DNA from: Candidatus Bacteroides merdavium
Lineage (GTDB): Bacteria > Bacteroidota > Bacteroidia > Bacteroidales > Bacteroidaceae
Reading direction: 5' to 3'
Length of the DNA stretch: 64,000 bases
Assembly: GCA_019116805.1 (NCBI GenBank)
Contig: DXAV01000068.1
Location: 21,709 to 85,708, forward strand
Part shown: positions 27,594-36,984 of the stretch, one piece after another
How the letters are laid out: each line of letters opens with the position of its first letter
Numbering within the stretch: position 1 is the stretch's first letter
Program-made: the position numbers and the translations under genes
The notes under the pieces: generated by a model
What the model was told of the DNA's origin: nothing
What the model saw: the letters and a program-made list of their open reading frames with translations, nothing else
Database searches by the model: none

Positions 27594-28937
27594 ATGGCCG
27601 ACTTGTACAAGGGAAATCTGACGGAGGGCAGCATTACGGGCACGATGCTCCGCTTTGCCTTCCCGCTGATGCTGGGCAACCTGTTGCAGCAGTGCTACAA
27701 CATTGCCGATACGCTCATCGTGGGGCGTGTCCTTGGCGCCGATGCCCTGGCCGCCGTGGGTTCGTCGTATGCCCTCATTGTGTTTGTCACGTCCATCTTC
27801 ATCGGCCTCTGTATGGGGTGCAGTGCCGTGTTCTCCATGCAGTATGGCGCGCGCGAGTTCGACGGCTTGCGGCGCAGCATCTTCTCGTCCATGCTCATTG
27901 TGGGCGGCGTCACGCTGGTGCTCAACGTGGCTTCGCTCCTTTGGCTGACACCCGTCATCCGCCTGCTCCACACGCCGCCCGAGGTAGAGCCGCTGGCGCG
28001 CAGCTACCTCTTCATCGTCTTCCTGGGCATGGTGCCTGTGTGCGTCTACAATTTCTACGCCTTCCTGCTCCGTGCGGTGGGCAATTCCGTGGTGCCCCTC
28101 TGCTTCCTGCTCGTGTCTGTGGTGCTCAACATCGGGCTCGACCTCCTCTTCATGCTGGGGTTGCACATGGGTGTCGAGGGAGCGGCCCTCGCTACGGTAG
28201 TGGCTCAGACGGTGGCCGCCCTGGGGCTTTATCTTTATACCCGCCGCCGTTTTCCCGCTCTTCGCCTGCGCAAGGCCGACTGTGTGGTCGATTTTCCGTC
28301 CATCCGCCGCCTGTCCTCCTATTCGTTGCTGACGTGCGTCCAGCAGTCGGTCATGAACTTCGGCATCCTCCTGGTGCAGGGCTTGGTCAACAGCTTCGGC
28401 ACGGCCGTCATGGCCGCCTTTGCCGCGGCGGTGAAGATCGATTCCTTTGCCTACATGCCCGTGCAGGACTTCGGCAACGCCTTCTCCACCTTCATCGCCC
28501 AGAACTTCGGAGCCGGCCGCACCGACCGCATCCGTCGCGGCATCCGCAGTGCCGTGTGGCTCACCACCGCCTTCGCCCTGCTTGTCTCCGCTCTCGTCTT
28601 TGTGGGCGCCCCCTGGCTGATGTCGCTCTTCGTCTCTCCGTCCGAGGCAGAGATTGTCGCCATCGGCGTGGAGTACCTGCGCATCGAAGGCAGCTTCTAC
28701 GTGGGCATCGGCTACCTCTTCCTGCTCTACGGCTTCTATCGCGCCGTGGCCCTTCCCTCCATGTCGGTGGTGCTCACGGTGGTGTCGCTGGGCACGCGCG
28801 TGTTGCTGGCCTATCTGCTGGCTTCGCTGCCCCAGGTGGGCTATACGGGCATCTGGTGGTCCGTCCCCATTGGTTGGGCGCTGGCCGATGTCGTGGGCGT
28901 GTGGTACTACCGCTCCAAGCCGAATTTCTTCCGATAG
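27594..28937 (+). CDS. MATE-family efflux transporter
   Basis: LQQCYNIADTLIVGR, RAVGNS, NIGLD and GVEGAALAT motifs; about 12 TM helices. Confidence 0.95.
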   Translation: MADLYKGNLTEGSITGTMLRFAFPLMLGNLLQQCYNIADTLIVGRVLGADALAAVGSSYALIVFVTSIFIGLCMGCSAVFSMQYGAREFDGLRRSIFSSMLIVGGVTLVLNVASLLWLTPVIRLLHTPPEVEPLARSYLFIVFLGMVPVCVYNFYAFLLRAVGNSVVPLCFLLVSVVLNIGLDLLFMLGLHMGVEGAALATVVAQTVAALGLYLYTRRRFPALRLRKADCVVDFPSIRRLSSYSLLTCVQQSVMNFGILLVQGLVNSFGTAVMAAFAAAVKIDSFAYMPVQDFGNAFSTFIAQNFGAGRTDRIRRGIRSAVWLTTAFALLVSALVFVGAPWLMSLFVSPSEAEIVAIGVEYLRIEGSFYVGIGYLFLLYGFYRAVALPSMSVVLTVVSLGTRVLLAYLLASLPQVGYTGIWWSVPIGWALADVVGVWYYRSKPNFFR

Positions 28938-29563
28938 TACGACTCCGCCGTGTAGAGCGCGGCGGCGGGGTTGTTGCCCGTCACGCGATCCTTGGTGACG
29001 AGGGTGGTGGCGTAGGCCTCGGAGTACTTGTAGAACAGGCTGTCGTGCCCCACGCAGAGGCCGATGACCACGTTCAGGTCCGTCCGTGCCTCGTTCAGCA
29101 GGCGGGCTTGCAGGATGGGGTTGCACATGGCCGCCCCGATGGATTCGCACGCCTTCGGGATGCCGATGGACGATTTCGCCTGGCCCGCCACCTTGCAGAT
29201 CACCGCCAGCGGTTCGAAGCCGTTGGCTTGCAGGATGCGGGCGAAGATGCGTGCTTCGCGGATGAGGCCGATGCAGTGGGCGATGCCTATCTTGCGTGCC
29301 CCTATCTTTCGGGCAAACTCCATGATTTCCTGTACGCGCGTCCATTGGCAGTAGCCCTCGTATTCCACTTCGGCGCTGGCCACCATGATGTCGTGGTTGC
29401 GCGGTTCGTCGTAGCGCTCCAGTGCCCATTGCAGGTCTTCCTCCTTCAGATGGGTGGTGGGGCAGAATTCGGGATACGTACGGTTCTGGTATTTACAGTT
29501 CTGTGTGCCGCAATCCACGCACGAGTGGCGGGTGGGGGATGAGGGTTGTTCGGAGGTATTCAT
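28907..29563 (-). CDS. DUF1847 Cys-rich putative metal-binding protein
   Basis: CVDC, IGIAHCIGL, CNPILQA, GLCVGHDSLF and TKDRV motifs. Confidence 0.88.
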   Translation of the reverse strand: MNTSEQPSSPTRHSCVDCGTQNCKYQNRTYPEFCPTTHLKEEDLQWALERYDEPRNHDIMVASAEVEYEGYCQWTRVQEIMEFARKIGARKIGIAHCIGLIREARIFARILQANGFEPLAVICKVAGQAKSSIGIPKACESIGAAMCNPILQARLLNEARTDLNVVIGLCVGHDSLFYKYSEAYATTLVTKDRVTGNNPAAALYTAESYYRKKFGLER

Positions 29564-29578
29564 AGGGTAGATAATGTT

Positions 29579-31852
29579 TTATGATTGTTGTATAGTGTAG
29601 TTTAATAGTTCTCGAACCGATACAAACTCTTTGAATCCCCAACGGCGGGGAGGAAACAAAGAACTTTGTAGACTGATGAATTTTTTATTTCCTACCAGAT
29701 AAGAGGGTTTAACCAGTTTCATAACAACACGTACATCGTCTTCGGCAATGGTTTTGTCATGTATGTGTGGTAAATCTTTGCGATATCGGATAGAGCTGAA
29801 TGCGATTTGATAGATGTCTCGTATTTGTCCTCGGATGACAGGTACAAAGAAGTCGTATTTCTGGAAATTCAGTTGTGAAAGTTTGTTGGAAGCAGTAATT
29901 TTTCCAAAATAATATTCTATCTCTTTTTCTCTGTCGATGAATTTCTGGAAATATTCTCTTTGTCCATTTTCGAAAATGGTGACGGCCAGAATGGTTCCAC
30001 TTTTCTCTAGTGTCAGATTAGTCCCTTTCTGGGCTTTTACATCTTGCAAAATTTGTATAGTGGGTTGTTTCCAAATCAGTGAATGTAAAAAATCTTTTAG
30101 TAAAGAGCTGCTTTTTTCATTGTTTGGGCGTAGCGGAAAAGCGCCGATGTTTACTTTTTCGATGGAGCGATAGAATTCAGTTTTGGCCACTTCTTCGTCT
30201 GTGCCATTGCCTGGGAATAGTATATATCCTCCCAATACTTCTTTTTTAATGGGAAGTCCTTCTTGTTTCGGGTCATAATAGAGTGCATCTCTATAACGAT
30301 GCATTTGATTGATGGCATCATTGGGAGGTATGTCAGGTCCGTTTGTATCGGATTGCCCTATTCTATATTTGGCGTCGAATAAATAGGTGAGTTTGAAGCC
30401 AGTTTCGATGTCGTGCCTGGTCAGTTGGAGGACGATGTCGGGTTTCTGAGGCACGGTAAAGGAATAGGTATGATCAATGGATGTCTCGTTGTTGTTGTCT
30501 GTTTTGCTTTCTTTAGGGTTGTAAATAACTTCGGCTAATTCGACAGAATCACCGTCTAAAGTCATTCTGGAAAAGATAATTTTGGATTTTTGTCCTTGGG
30601 GCAATGCATAAGTAAAGTGTTTGTTCAGTTCTATTCGGCTTTGATTGTTTACCTGTAAATTCTTTTCCTTTAATATCGACTTGACTAAGTTTTTTACCTG
30701 TATAAAACACCAGATTTCATACAGGGTGGCAATGTCTTTCAGTTCCAGACTTCGAATACCTTCTTCCAGGTCATAGCTGCATGTCAGCAACAACCAGATG
30801 CGATAGATTTGTGTGTATCCTGTTCCTTGTTTCAAGGTTAATGACTCTTGCTCCAGCCCTTTGAAGTGGCCTACTGTGCGGAAAAAAGGGTGGTGCACCA
30901 GTCGTTTCAACTCTTCTTCTACCTGAGTTATTTTGTCGCAGAATTTCACATTCGAATCCATGGGGTAATTCTCCAGAATTCTATGTTTTAGTTCTACGAA
31001 TTTCTGGGTTACGGATTTGACGGCATATTTCAGGAAACGATTTTCATACGTGTCGTTGTTCATATGGGGGACTTCTGTCCGATACAGTCGTTGGTGTTCT
31101 GTTCGATGTTCAGCCAGTTCTGTCTCCAGTTTTGGGGTGAGGTGTTTTAGTTTGTCTGCCCGGCAATAAGTTTCCCTGTGCTTCATCCTATGGTGTGGGC
31201 GGTCTATGACCACTTTCACTGCATGGATGAACTCTTCGTTGATATCTTTGAATACATTCCACCAGATGATATCGGGCGTGCCTCCCTGTGGTTTTTCTTT
31301 GAAAGCATGATGGGTACGGCGGAGGAAATCGATAGAAAGCATTCGGTATTCTTCTTCGATGTCGTGGACGATGTGTTTCAGGTCGCTGTGATAGTCCAGC
31401 TTTGTGGACAATACATCGTAGCTGAAGATAAAGATTATTCTTCCTTTTTCTGGCGATTTGTAAACGATTTTTAAGTCTGCTCGTCCGATGTCGTTGGCAT
31501 AATTGATGTGTCCGTACAACACTTGAGCGTCTTCGTTGAAGCTGAATCCTTCGCTCACGCTACGCAAATGAGTGTCGATGTAGGCGTTCTTAACTTTTGT
31601 CTTGAATCGTATCCAGTATTGGTAGTCTGTGTTTTCAAAGAATGCGGAAGGTGCATACGAGCCTTGTTCTATCTGCTTTCCTTTGTAGGTCAACACTGCG
31701 CTTTCATCGTTCCATGTGTAATAAGATTTCAAGGCTTCCGAATCGGGAGTTACCCGCATGCAGGAGGCTGCTTTCCTGAAAATCCGTTCATACGAATTGC
31801 AGGAAACCAATAGCTCGAAATCGGTATGTTCCAGTTTTAGCAATGCTTCCAT
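29579..31852 (-). CDS. McrC-like DUF2357 / PD-(D/E)XK nuclease with a C-terminal extension
   Basis: DTYENRFLK, LYEIWCF, KPDIVL...FDAKYR and INQMHRYRDA motifs. Directly downstream of the McrB-like gene. Confidence 0.9.
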   Translation of the reverse strand: MEALLKLEHTDFELLVSCNSYERIFRKAASCMRVTPDSEALKSYYTWNDESAVLTYKGKQIEQGSYAPSAFFENTDYQYWIRFKTKVKNAYIDTHLRSVSEGFSFNEDAQVLYGHINYANDIGRADLKIVYKSPEKGRIIFIFSYDVLSTKLDYHSDLKHIVHDIEEEYRMLSIDFLRRTHHAFKEKPQGGTPDIIWWNVFKDINEEFIHAVKVVIDRPHHRMKHRETYCRADKLKHLTPKLETELAEHRTEHQRLYRTEVPHMNNDTYENRFLKYAVKSVTQKFVELKHRILENYPMDSNVKFCDKITQVEEELKRLVHHPFFRTVGHFKGLEQESLTLKQGTGYTQIYRIWLLLTCSYDLEEGIRSLELKDIATLYEIWCFIQVKNLVKSILKEKNLQVNNQSRIELNKHFTYALPQGQKSKIIFSRMTLDGDSVELAEVIYNPKESKTDNNNETSIDHTYSFTVPQKPDIVLQLTRHDIETGFKLTYLFDAKYRIGQSDTNGPDIPPNDAINQMHRYRDALYYDPKQEGLPIKKEVLGGYILFPGNGTDEEVAKTEFYRSIEKVNIGAFPLRPNNEKSSSLLKDFLHSLIWKQPTIQILQDVKAQKGTNLTLEKSGTILAVTIFENGQREYFQKFIDREKEIEYYFGKITASNKLSQLNFQKYDFFVPVIRGQIRDIYQIAFSSIRYRKDLPHIHDKTIAEDDVRVVMKLVKPSYLVGNKKFISLQSSLFPPRRWGFKEFVSVRELLNYTIQQS

Positions 31853-31858
31853 GCTGCG

Positions 31859-33427
31859 TTAACTCCAGAAAGAGCAATAATATGTGTTGTCCAACTTCCG
31901 TTTCATCTCTTTCAGTTTTAGCAGGGAAATCGATTTCTCTCGTATATCTTCATCTGCGATTTTGTTTTCTTTTTTCGGATAGCAAATCCTGCATATTTCG
32001 CTGAACTGTTCTTGGATGGTTATGGCGAGGTCGTCCAGCAGGCATCCTGTTTGTTCCCAGTTCATCAGTTTGTTTTTGTCTCCCTCGATACGACTCAGTA
32101 TTTTCATGTTGGTCACTTCGTCCAGCGCTTGTATCAGCTGATAGCATTCATCGTTTTCGGCGTACTGCATGTTGGCCAGTACGTATAAGATGGCTTCGTT
32201 TCGTGTGCGATAGGCTATTCTGAACGGGCTTCCTTTTAACGTTTCGTTGATTTGACTCAGATATTTGATAACTGTATCACAGAGCTTTGGGCTTTTTTCG
32301 TACACATCCATTGCTTCTACGGCATAAGGTAGGACGGCAGAAGCCTCGATAGCAGGCAGTCTGTTCTCTGCGGCTGTGAGTCCGCCCTCCAGGTTGGCAT
32401 CGTTCATTTCGAAGGTCATGGCGCGATCCAGCACTTTGCGCGAGAAGCTGAAGGTAGTTTCGTCCATGTTGACCGTACCCATGACAATCAGGTTAGGAGG
32501 CAGACAGATGCCTTTGGTGCGGAACGTCTCGCGAAGCTGGGCTTCACGCCCTTTGTCTTTTTCGATGATTTGTCCGTTTATTTCCCAAATGTCGCCGAAC
32601 AAATCGTTCAAAATGGAATCTCCTACCCAAGCATTGTGCTTATTCTTCCCGAAATTGTTTAAAGGTGGAAACAGCGGGTCTGATACGATCCTGCCATTTC
32701 TTAGTTTGCGTGTTTCCAGTACGCTTAGATATTCGGCAAAATATTGTTCTACGGGTGCCAGGTTCATTTCGTCCAGACATAGGAAAAAAGGAACATCTTC
32801 AAAGTACCATGCCTTGGCCAAAAATCGGAGAAAGTCGGTCGTTTTATATTCGATATCTCCCGATATCCTTGTTTCATATCCTAACAATTCTGTGGAGTCG
32901 TGCCAGTTAGGTCGTACCTGTATGATCTCATAATTGTATGGTTTTTGGATCTTCTCAGGAGATTCTCCTCCTGTCGCATAAGCCAGTTGGCGTACGATGC
33001 GCGACTTGCCTGTGCCTGATATGCCTGCCAGGAGTACAAATGGCTTGGATTGGATGGCAGTCGTGTAGCGTCGGAATAGGCTGTTGTCACGATTTGTGAT
33101 ATTCAGATCTGGGTTGCCTTCATTGATGATCTCGTTGGGATTAAGCACCATTTTTGCCATTATTGTCAGTGTCGAAGTATATCCGTATTCGAATTTGTCA
33201 ATATCAGTCTGTCCGCATAAGTCGTTTCGTGCGTCGTCGGCAGAAGCCTTCGGGTGTTGTCTGAAATATTCTACGTATTCATCCAGAAGTTGTTGTGATA
33301 TTGTGCGTAGGCCTTTTGCTCCTTTGCTTTGCGAATAGACGATGTAGCACAATCTGTCTTTGTCTACAATCTTGACTTGCCCGTTTGTCGAGGCGTCTCC
33401 TATTCTTAATTGGTAATGTTTCATCAT
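31859..33427 (-). CDS. McrB-like AAA+ GTPase
   Basis: Walker A GISGTGKS, Walker B LDEMNLA, McrB NxD signature GTVNMDETT and KVLDRA. Confidence 0.92.
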   Translation of the reverse strand: MMKHYQLRIGDASTNGQVKIVDKDRLCYIVYSQSKGAKGLRTISQQLLDEYVEYFRQHPKASADDARNDLCGQTDIDKFEYGYTSTLTIMAKMVLNPNEIINEGNPDLNITNRDNSLFRRYTTAIQSKPFVLLAGISGTGKSRIVRQLAYATGGESPEKIQKPYNYEIIQVRPNWHDSTELLGYETRISGDIEYKTTDFLRFLAKAWYFEDVPFFLCLDEMNLAPVEQYFAEYLSVLETRKLRNGRIVSDPLFPPLNNFGKNKHNAWVGDSILNDLFGDIWEINGQIIEKDKGREAQLRETFRTKGICLPPNLIVMGTVNMDETTFSFSRKVLDRAMTFEMNDANLEGGLTAAENRLPAIEASAVLPYAVEAMDVYEKSPKLCDTVIKYLSQINETLKGSPFRIAYRTRNEAILYVLANMQYAENDECYQLIQALDEVTNMKILSRIEGDKNKLMNWEQTGCLLDDLAITIQEQFSEICRICYPKKENKIADEDIREKSISLLKLKEMKRKLDNTYYCSFWS

Positions 33428-33719
33428 GTTTTGAACGATTTAATGGTTACTTTTGGGGTAAGGCTTTCCCTTTCATAGTCCGATGTGAGGAATCGTAATT
33501 TACGATCTGGCCGCACCGGCTACTGTCAGCAAAGGTATATATTTGATAGAAAAATACAATATCAATGGAGTGGATTTTTTTTATTCTGCATTTTGAATGG
33601 TTGATTGGGCGTAATGCCTTGGTGGTGATGTTTGTTTTTTGATGTCTTCGTTGTCAAGTAGTTTCATTCGATCGGTGTGTCTGGAATTGATGCCTTTGTT
33701 TTCTTCGAATTAGTTTACT

Positions 33720-33789
33720 GTAACTGTAATCTGTAATTGTAAGTACAAAACAGACATGTTGTCTATTACAAATTACAGATTACAGTTAC
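33720..33789. repeat. Perfect 19-bp inverted repeat built from TGTAA units
   Basis: GTAACTGTAATCTGTAATT / AATTACAGATTACAGTTAC with a 32-bp spacer. Confidence 0.85.
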
Positions 33790-34110
33790 CAAATAATCTT
33801 TTCATGCTACTTCATAAAGAGCGCAAACGAAAGAGAACATCATGCCATCTGTAGAAAAACAATGCTTTTCATGCGCAAAAACACCGTTTTCTAAACTGTA
33901 AATCAATGAGTTGTTTTTATTAACACAATTCATTTATTTCGTTAACATATTTTTACTTCCCAGCGGCTGTTTTTATTTTGTCGGCCGGAAAACACTCCTT
34001 ATCTTTGCTTTGTCGACAAGGGGAAACTACGACGGATGCCGGCCCGGTGGAGCTTCCCAAACTGAGAGAACAAACACGAATAACCAATACAAACTAAATC
34101 GAACAAAGCT

Positions 34111-34266
34111 ATGTCAACAATCGGAACATTGAAGTACAGACGTTACGCGGCCAAGTCGCCGCAGGATCCCGATGGAGCCGCCAAATGGTATGCCCGCGCC
34201 GTGCAGGACCGCACGGTGGAATTCGAAGAAGTCAGTCGTGAGGATGGGTTTTTCGTAGGAAGTTAG
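34111..34266 (+). pseudogene. Truncated HU-related (histone-like) Bacteroidales DNA-binding protein
   Basis: Not in the ORF track. MSTIGTLKYRRYAAKSPQDPDGAAKWYARAVQDRTVEFEE resembles the N-terminus of the HU-related family, then stops at 51 aa. -7 element TATCTTTG at 34000. Confidence 0.7.
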
Positions 34267-34311
34267 CGATATAATCCCTACTTTTACCGCAGGAAAAAAG
34301 AGAAATAGACA

Positions 34312-34689
34312 ATGAAACGTATAGAGGTGGTTGCGGCGGTCATTTGCCACGAAGGGCTATACCTGGCCACGCAGCGAGGATATGGCGAGTACAAAGACTA
34401 TTGGGAGTTCCCTGGCGGAAAGGTTGAGCCTGGCGAAAGCCGTGAAGAAGCGTTGAGGCGCGAGATACGCGAGGAGCTGGACGTTGATATCCAGATTGAC
34501 GATTTTCTGGTCACGGTGGAGCACGACTATCCGACTTTTCACTTGGTGATGCACTGCTACCTCTGCTCGCTGGGCGCAGGGCGGTTGGTACTGAAGGAGC
34601 ATGAAAACTCCGCCTGGCTGGGGCGCGACAACCTGGACACGGTGGCGTGGCTCCCTGCGGACAGGGAGGTGGTGCGCTGCTTGATGTAA
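34312..34689 (+). CDS. MutT/NudG-like (deoxy)nucleoside triphosphate pyrophosphohydrolase
   Basis: Nudix box WEFPGGKVEPGESREEALRREIREEL and WLPAD C-terminus. Confidence 0.92.
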   Translation: MKRIEVVAAVICHEGLYLATQRGYGEYKDYWEFPGGKVEPGESREEALRREIREELDVDIQIDDFLVTVEHDYPTFHLVMHCYLCSLGAGRLVLKEHENSAWLGRDNLDTVAWLPADREVVRCLM

Positions 34690-34705
34690 GCTTCCTTCCT
34701 TCTTC

Positions 34706-36766
34706 TTATATCTCCTGGATACCGATGGACGATAAGTATTGATAGGTGGCGTCGTAGAAAGCCGGCAGCCGTGTAGGGTCGTCGGGGTTGCCTGTAGGGA
34801 CAACGATAATCATCCCTTGACGGGCGCGGGTCAGCAACACGCGATAGGCGTTTGTCTGATACGTTTGGGCGATCTCCTGGCGGATGTTGTACCACCGCGT
34901 ACCCCCGTTGAAGCGATAGTGCTGCCAGCCCTGGGGCGAGTAGCGCATGTCGGCATCCCATACGACACACGTCCAATCCAACTCCAATCCTTGTACTTGA
35001 AACTCCGTGGCAACGTCTTCCAGATAGTTGGACGAGCGCACGTCGGAGTCGTCGTCCAAGAACCAATGCACTTCGTCGGGCTTATAGCGCACGTTGATGG
35101 ATAGTGGCTTGACGCGATCGGCGGTCGAGGAAGCCAAGAGGCCAAAGCGTTCGCTGCCGCGTGCTTTGCTTTTTAGCCATCGTTTGGCCGTGTCGATGTT
35201 GCGCGTGAGGTAGATGGGATATTGTTGTCGCAACCTCTCCAGCTGTTTCGTGGCCTCGGCAGGGTTCAGGTTGAGCAGTTCGTGCACGAAGGTCGATAGA
35301 TTTTCGGCTCGGAAGGAACGCATGGACACGGCGAGGTGCAGGTGGGGCTCGATGTTGAGGTTCGCCTGGCTTTGGATTAAGTTTAAAGCCTGTCCGTTGG
35401 CATATTCGTTTTCCGTCAATCGGTCCGAAATGTAAATCTTCCAATGCGTGAACGAGTGGTTCAGCGAGTCAATCCATTCTTTGATGCCCGCTTCGCCCGT
35501 ATTGATTTCTTGTCCTCCGCCGATTAAGCAAATAATGACCGCCCAATCTGGATGACGATCCAGGCACGAAATGAGGTATTCGGGTTCAGAATAGGGGAAG
35601 GCATACGGGTAGGGCTTCTTCTGAGCCATAAACTTGGCCAGCATTTCTTTCGTCCAAGCCCGTTGGGCTTCGTCGAAGATGGCCACATGGTCGATGGGGG
35701 CATAGCTCTTGTCCTTATTCTTTGCCGAGCGGAAGTAATCTTCATCGGCTACAATATGATTATCGACAACTTTCGTTCCCTCTAAACAAGCATCTCGGTA
35801 GTGGTGAACCATTTGGATGAAGGTCTTCACCTCGGATTGAGCTTCGCGCTTGGTGATGCGTTCGCTTTGCTCCTTCTTCTTTTTCACCAAGTCGCGCGAC
35901 AGGGCTTCGGTGAGGACCGCCACCAAGGGGAAATTGCCAGATAGGTAAACGGCCTTTTCGTTTTTCTCGAATTGCTGGATGGCGATGTTCAGCCCCACCA
36001 GTGTTTTCCCTGCTCCAGGTACCCCGGTGACAAAGCAGATGGCCTTCTGCCGCTGAGCCTTGCAACGGTCGATGATGTCCGAGATGCAGGCACACGTGGT
36101 CGTAAGGTTTTCGGCAGAAGCGTCCGAGCGCGAAATCTCTTTGACCGAATGGTTGTTGTACAAGGCACTGGCGGCCTCGATGATGGTGGGGGTGGGCGAG
36201 TATCGGCTGATGGCCCACGAGTAATCGTCTGCTGCCAGGAAGGGGAGGGCGTGTTTGAGCCCTTCGTCGATGCACGCCTTTAGGTGGCTTTTGTCCGACA
36301 AGAGAGGCTTGAATACCTGGTCTTCGTAGCGAACAAAGTCGAGCATGTAGCCCTGTGGAGCATTGGTCGCCACGAGGATGGGGATAAGGGTACGCCGATG
36401 GCTTCCTTCGTGGAAATTCTTGAGGTCGAGCGCATAATCCCATACTTGAGCAATGTCGGCTCGCTCGAAGCTCTCTTGGTCGGTTTTAAACTCCAAAATA
36501 AATACAACTCCATCAATGAGGACGATCGTATCAATGCGTCGCCCCAAGCGGGGGATGTTGTACTCAAAGTAAACACTCCCTCTGCCCGCATACTCTTTCA
36601 GAATATCCTTCAGTAAGTCGATTTCTTCTTGCCACGCGTTTCGCTGGTTGATGGTAATGTCGTGCGTGCTTTGGCGAACCAATTCTCCGACGATGGCTGA
36701 GGAAGGTTGGTGGAGGAAATCGCGTATCGGGCTTGAATAGTAATATCGGGTGAGGGTCGGTGGCAT
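34706..36766 (-). CDS. DUF2075 (Schlafen-group-3-like) SF1 helicase with an N-terminal NERD/PD-(D/E)XK-like nuclease
   Basis: FEYNIPRLGRRID...LEFK, GVPGAGKT, IFDEAQR, TEFQVQGLELD and YRVLLTRARQG motifs. Confidence 0.88.
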   Translation of the reverse strand: MPPTLTRYYYSSPIRDFLHQPSSAIVGELVRQSTHDITINQRNAWQEEIDLLKDILKEYAGRGSVYFEYNIPRLGRRIDTIVLIDGVVFILEFKTDQESFERADIAQVWDYALDLKNFHEGSHRRTLIPILVATNAPQGYMLDFVRYEDQVFKPLLSDKSHLKACIDEGLKHALPFLAADDYSWAISRYSPTPTIIEAASALYNNHSVKEISRSDASAENLTTTCACISDIIDRCKAQRQKAICFVTGVPGAGKTLVGLNIAIQQFEKNEKAVYLSGNFPLVAVLTEALSRDLVKKKKEQSERITKREAQSEVKTFIQMVHHYRDACLEGTKVVDNHIVADEDYFRSAKNKDKSYAPIDHVAIFDEAQRAWTKEMLAKFMAQKKPYPYAFPYSEPEYLISCLDRHPDWAVIICLIGGGQEINTGEAGIKEWIDSLNHSFTHWKIYISDRLTENEYANGQALNLIQSQANLNIEPHLHLAVSMRSFRAENLSTFVHELLNLNPAEATKQLERLRQQYPIYLTRNIDTAKRWLKSKARGSERFGLLASSTADRVKPLSINVRYKPDEVHWFLDDDSDVRSSNYLEDVATEFQVQGLELDWTCVVWDADMRYSPQGWQHYRFNGGTRWYNIRQEIAQTYQTNAYRVLLTRARQGMIIVVPTGNPDDPTRLPAFYDATYQYLSSIGIQEI

Positions 36767-36984
36767 TTTCTTTCAGTGTTATGCGTGAGTTGTATGCAAA
36801 GATAAGAAAATTTCTTAAATTTGCCACAGAACCCCGCAAATCGAAAAGACAAATGGACAGAAAACGTGTAATCAAACGGCTGGCTGCCTTGCTGGGGTGG
36901 ATGCAATGGAGAAGCCCGCAGGCGATGAACCCGAGGGTGATGTTCGATTGGGGAAAACAATGACCAAAACGAGATAGAAAGGAT

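Noticed and set aside
33720-33789. Invertible (phase-variable) promoter
   Set aside because: The 32-bp spacer contains no TAnnTTTG element and there is no recombinase nearby.
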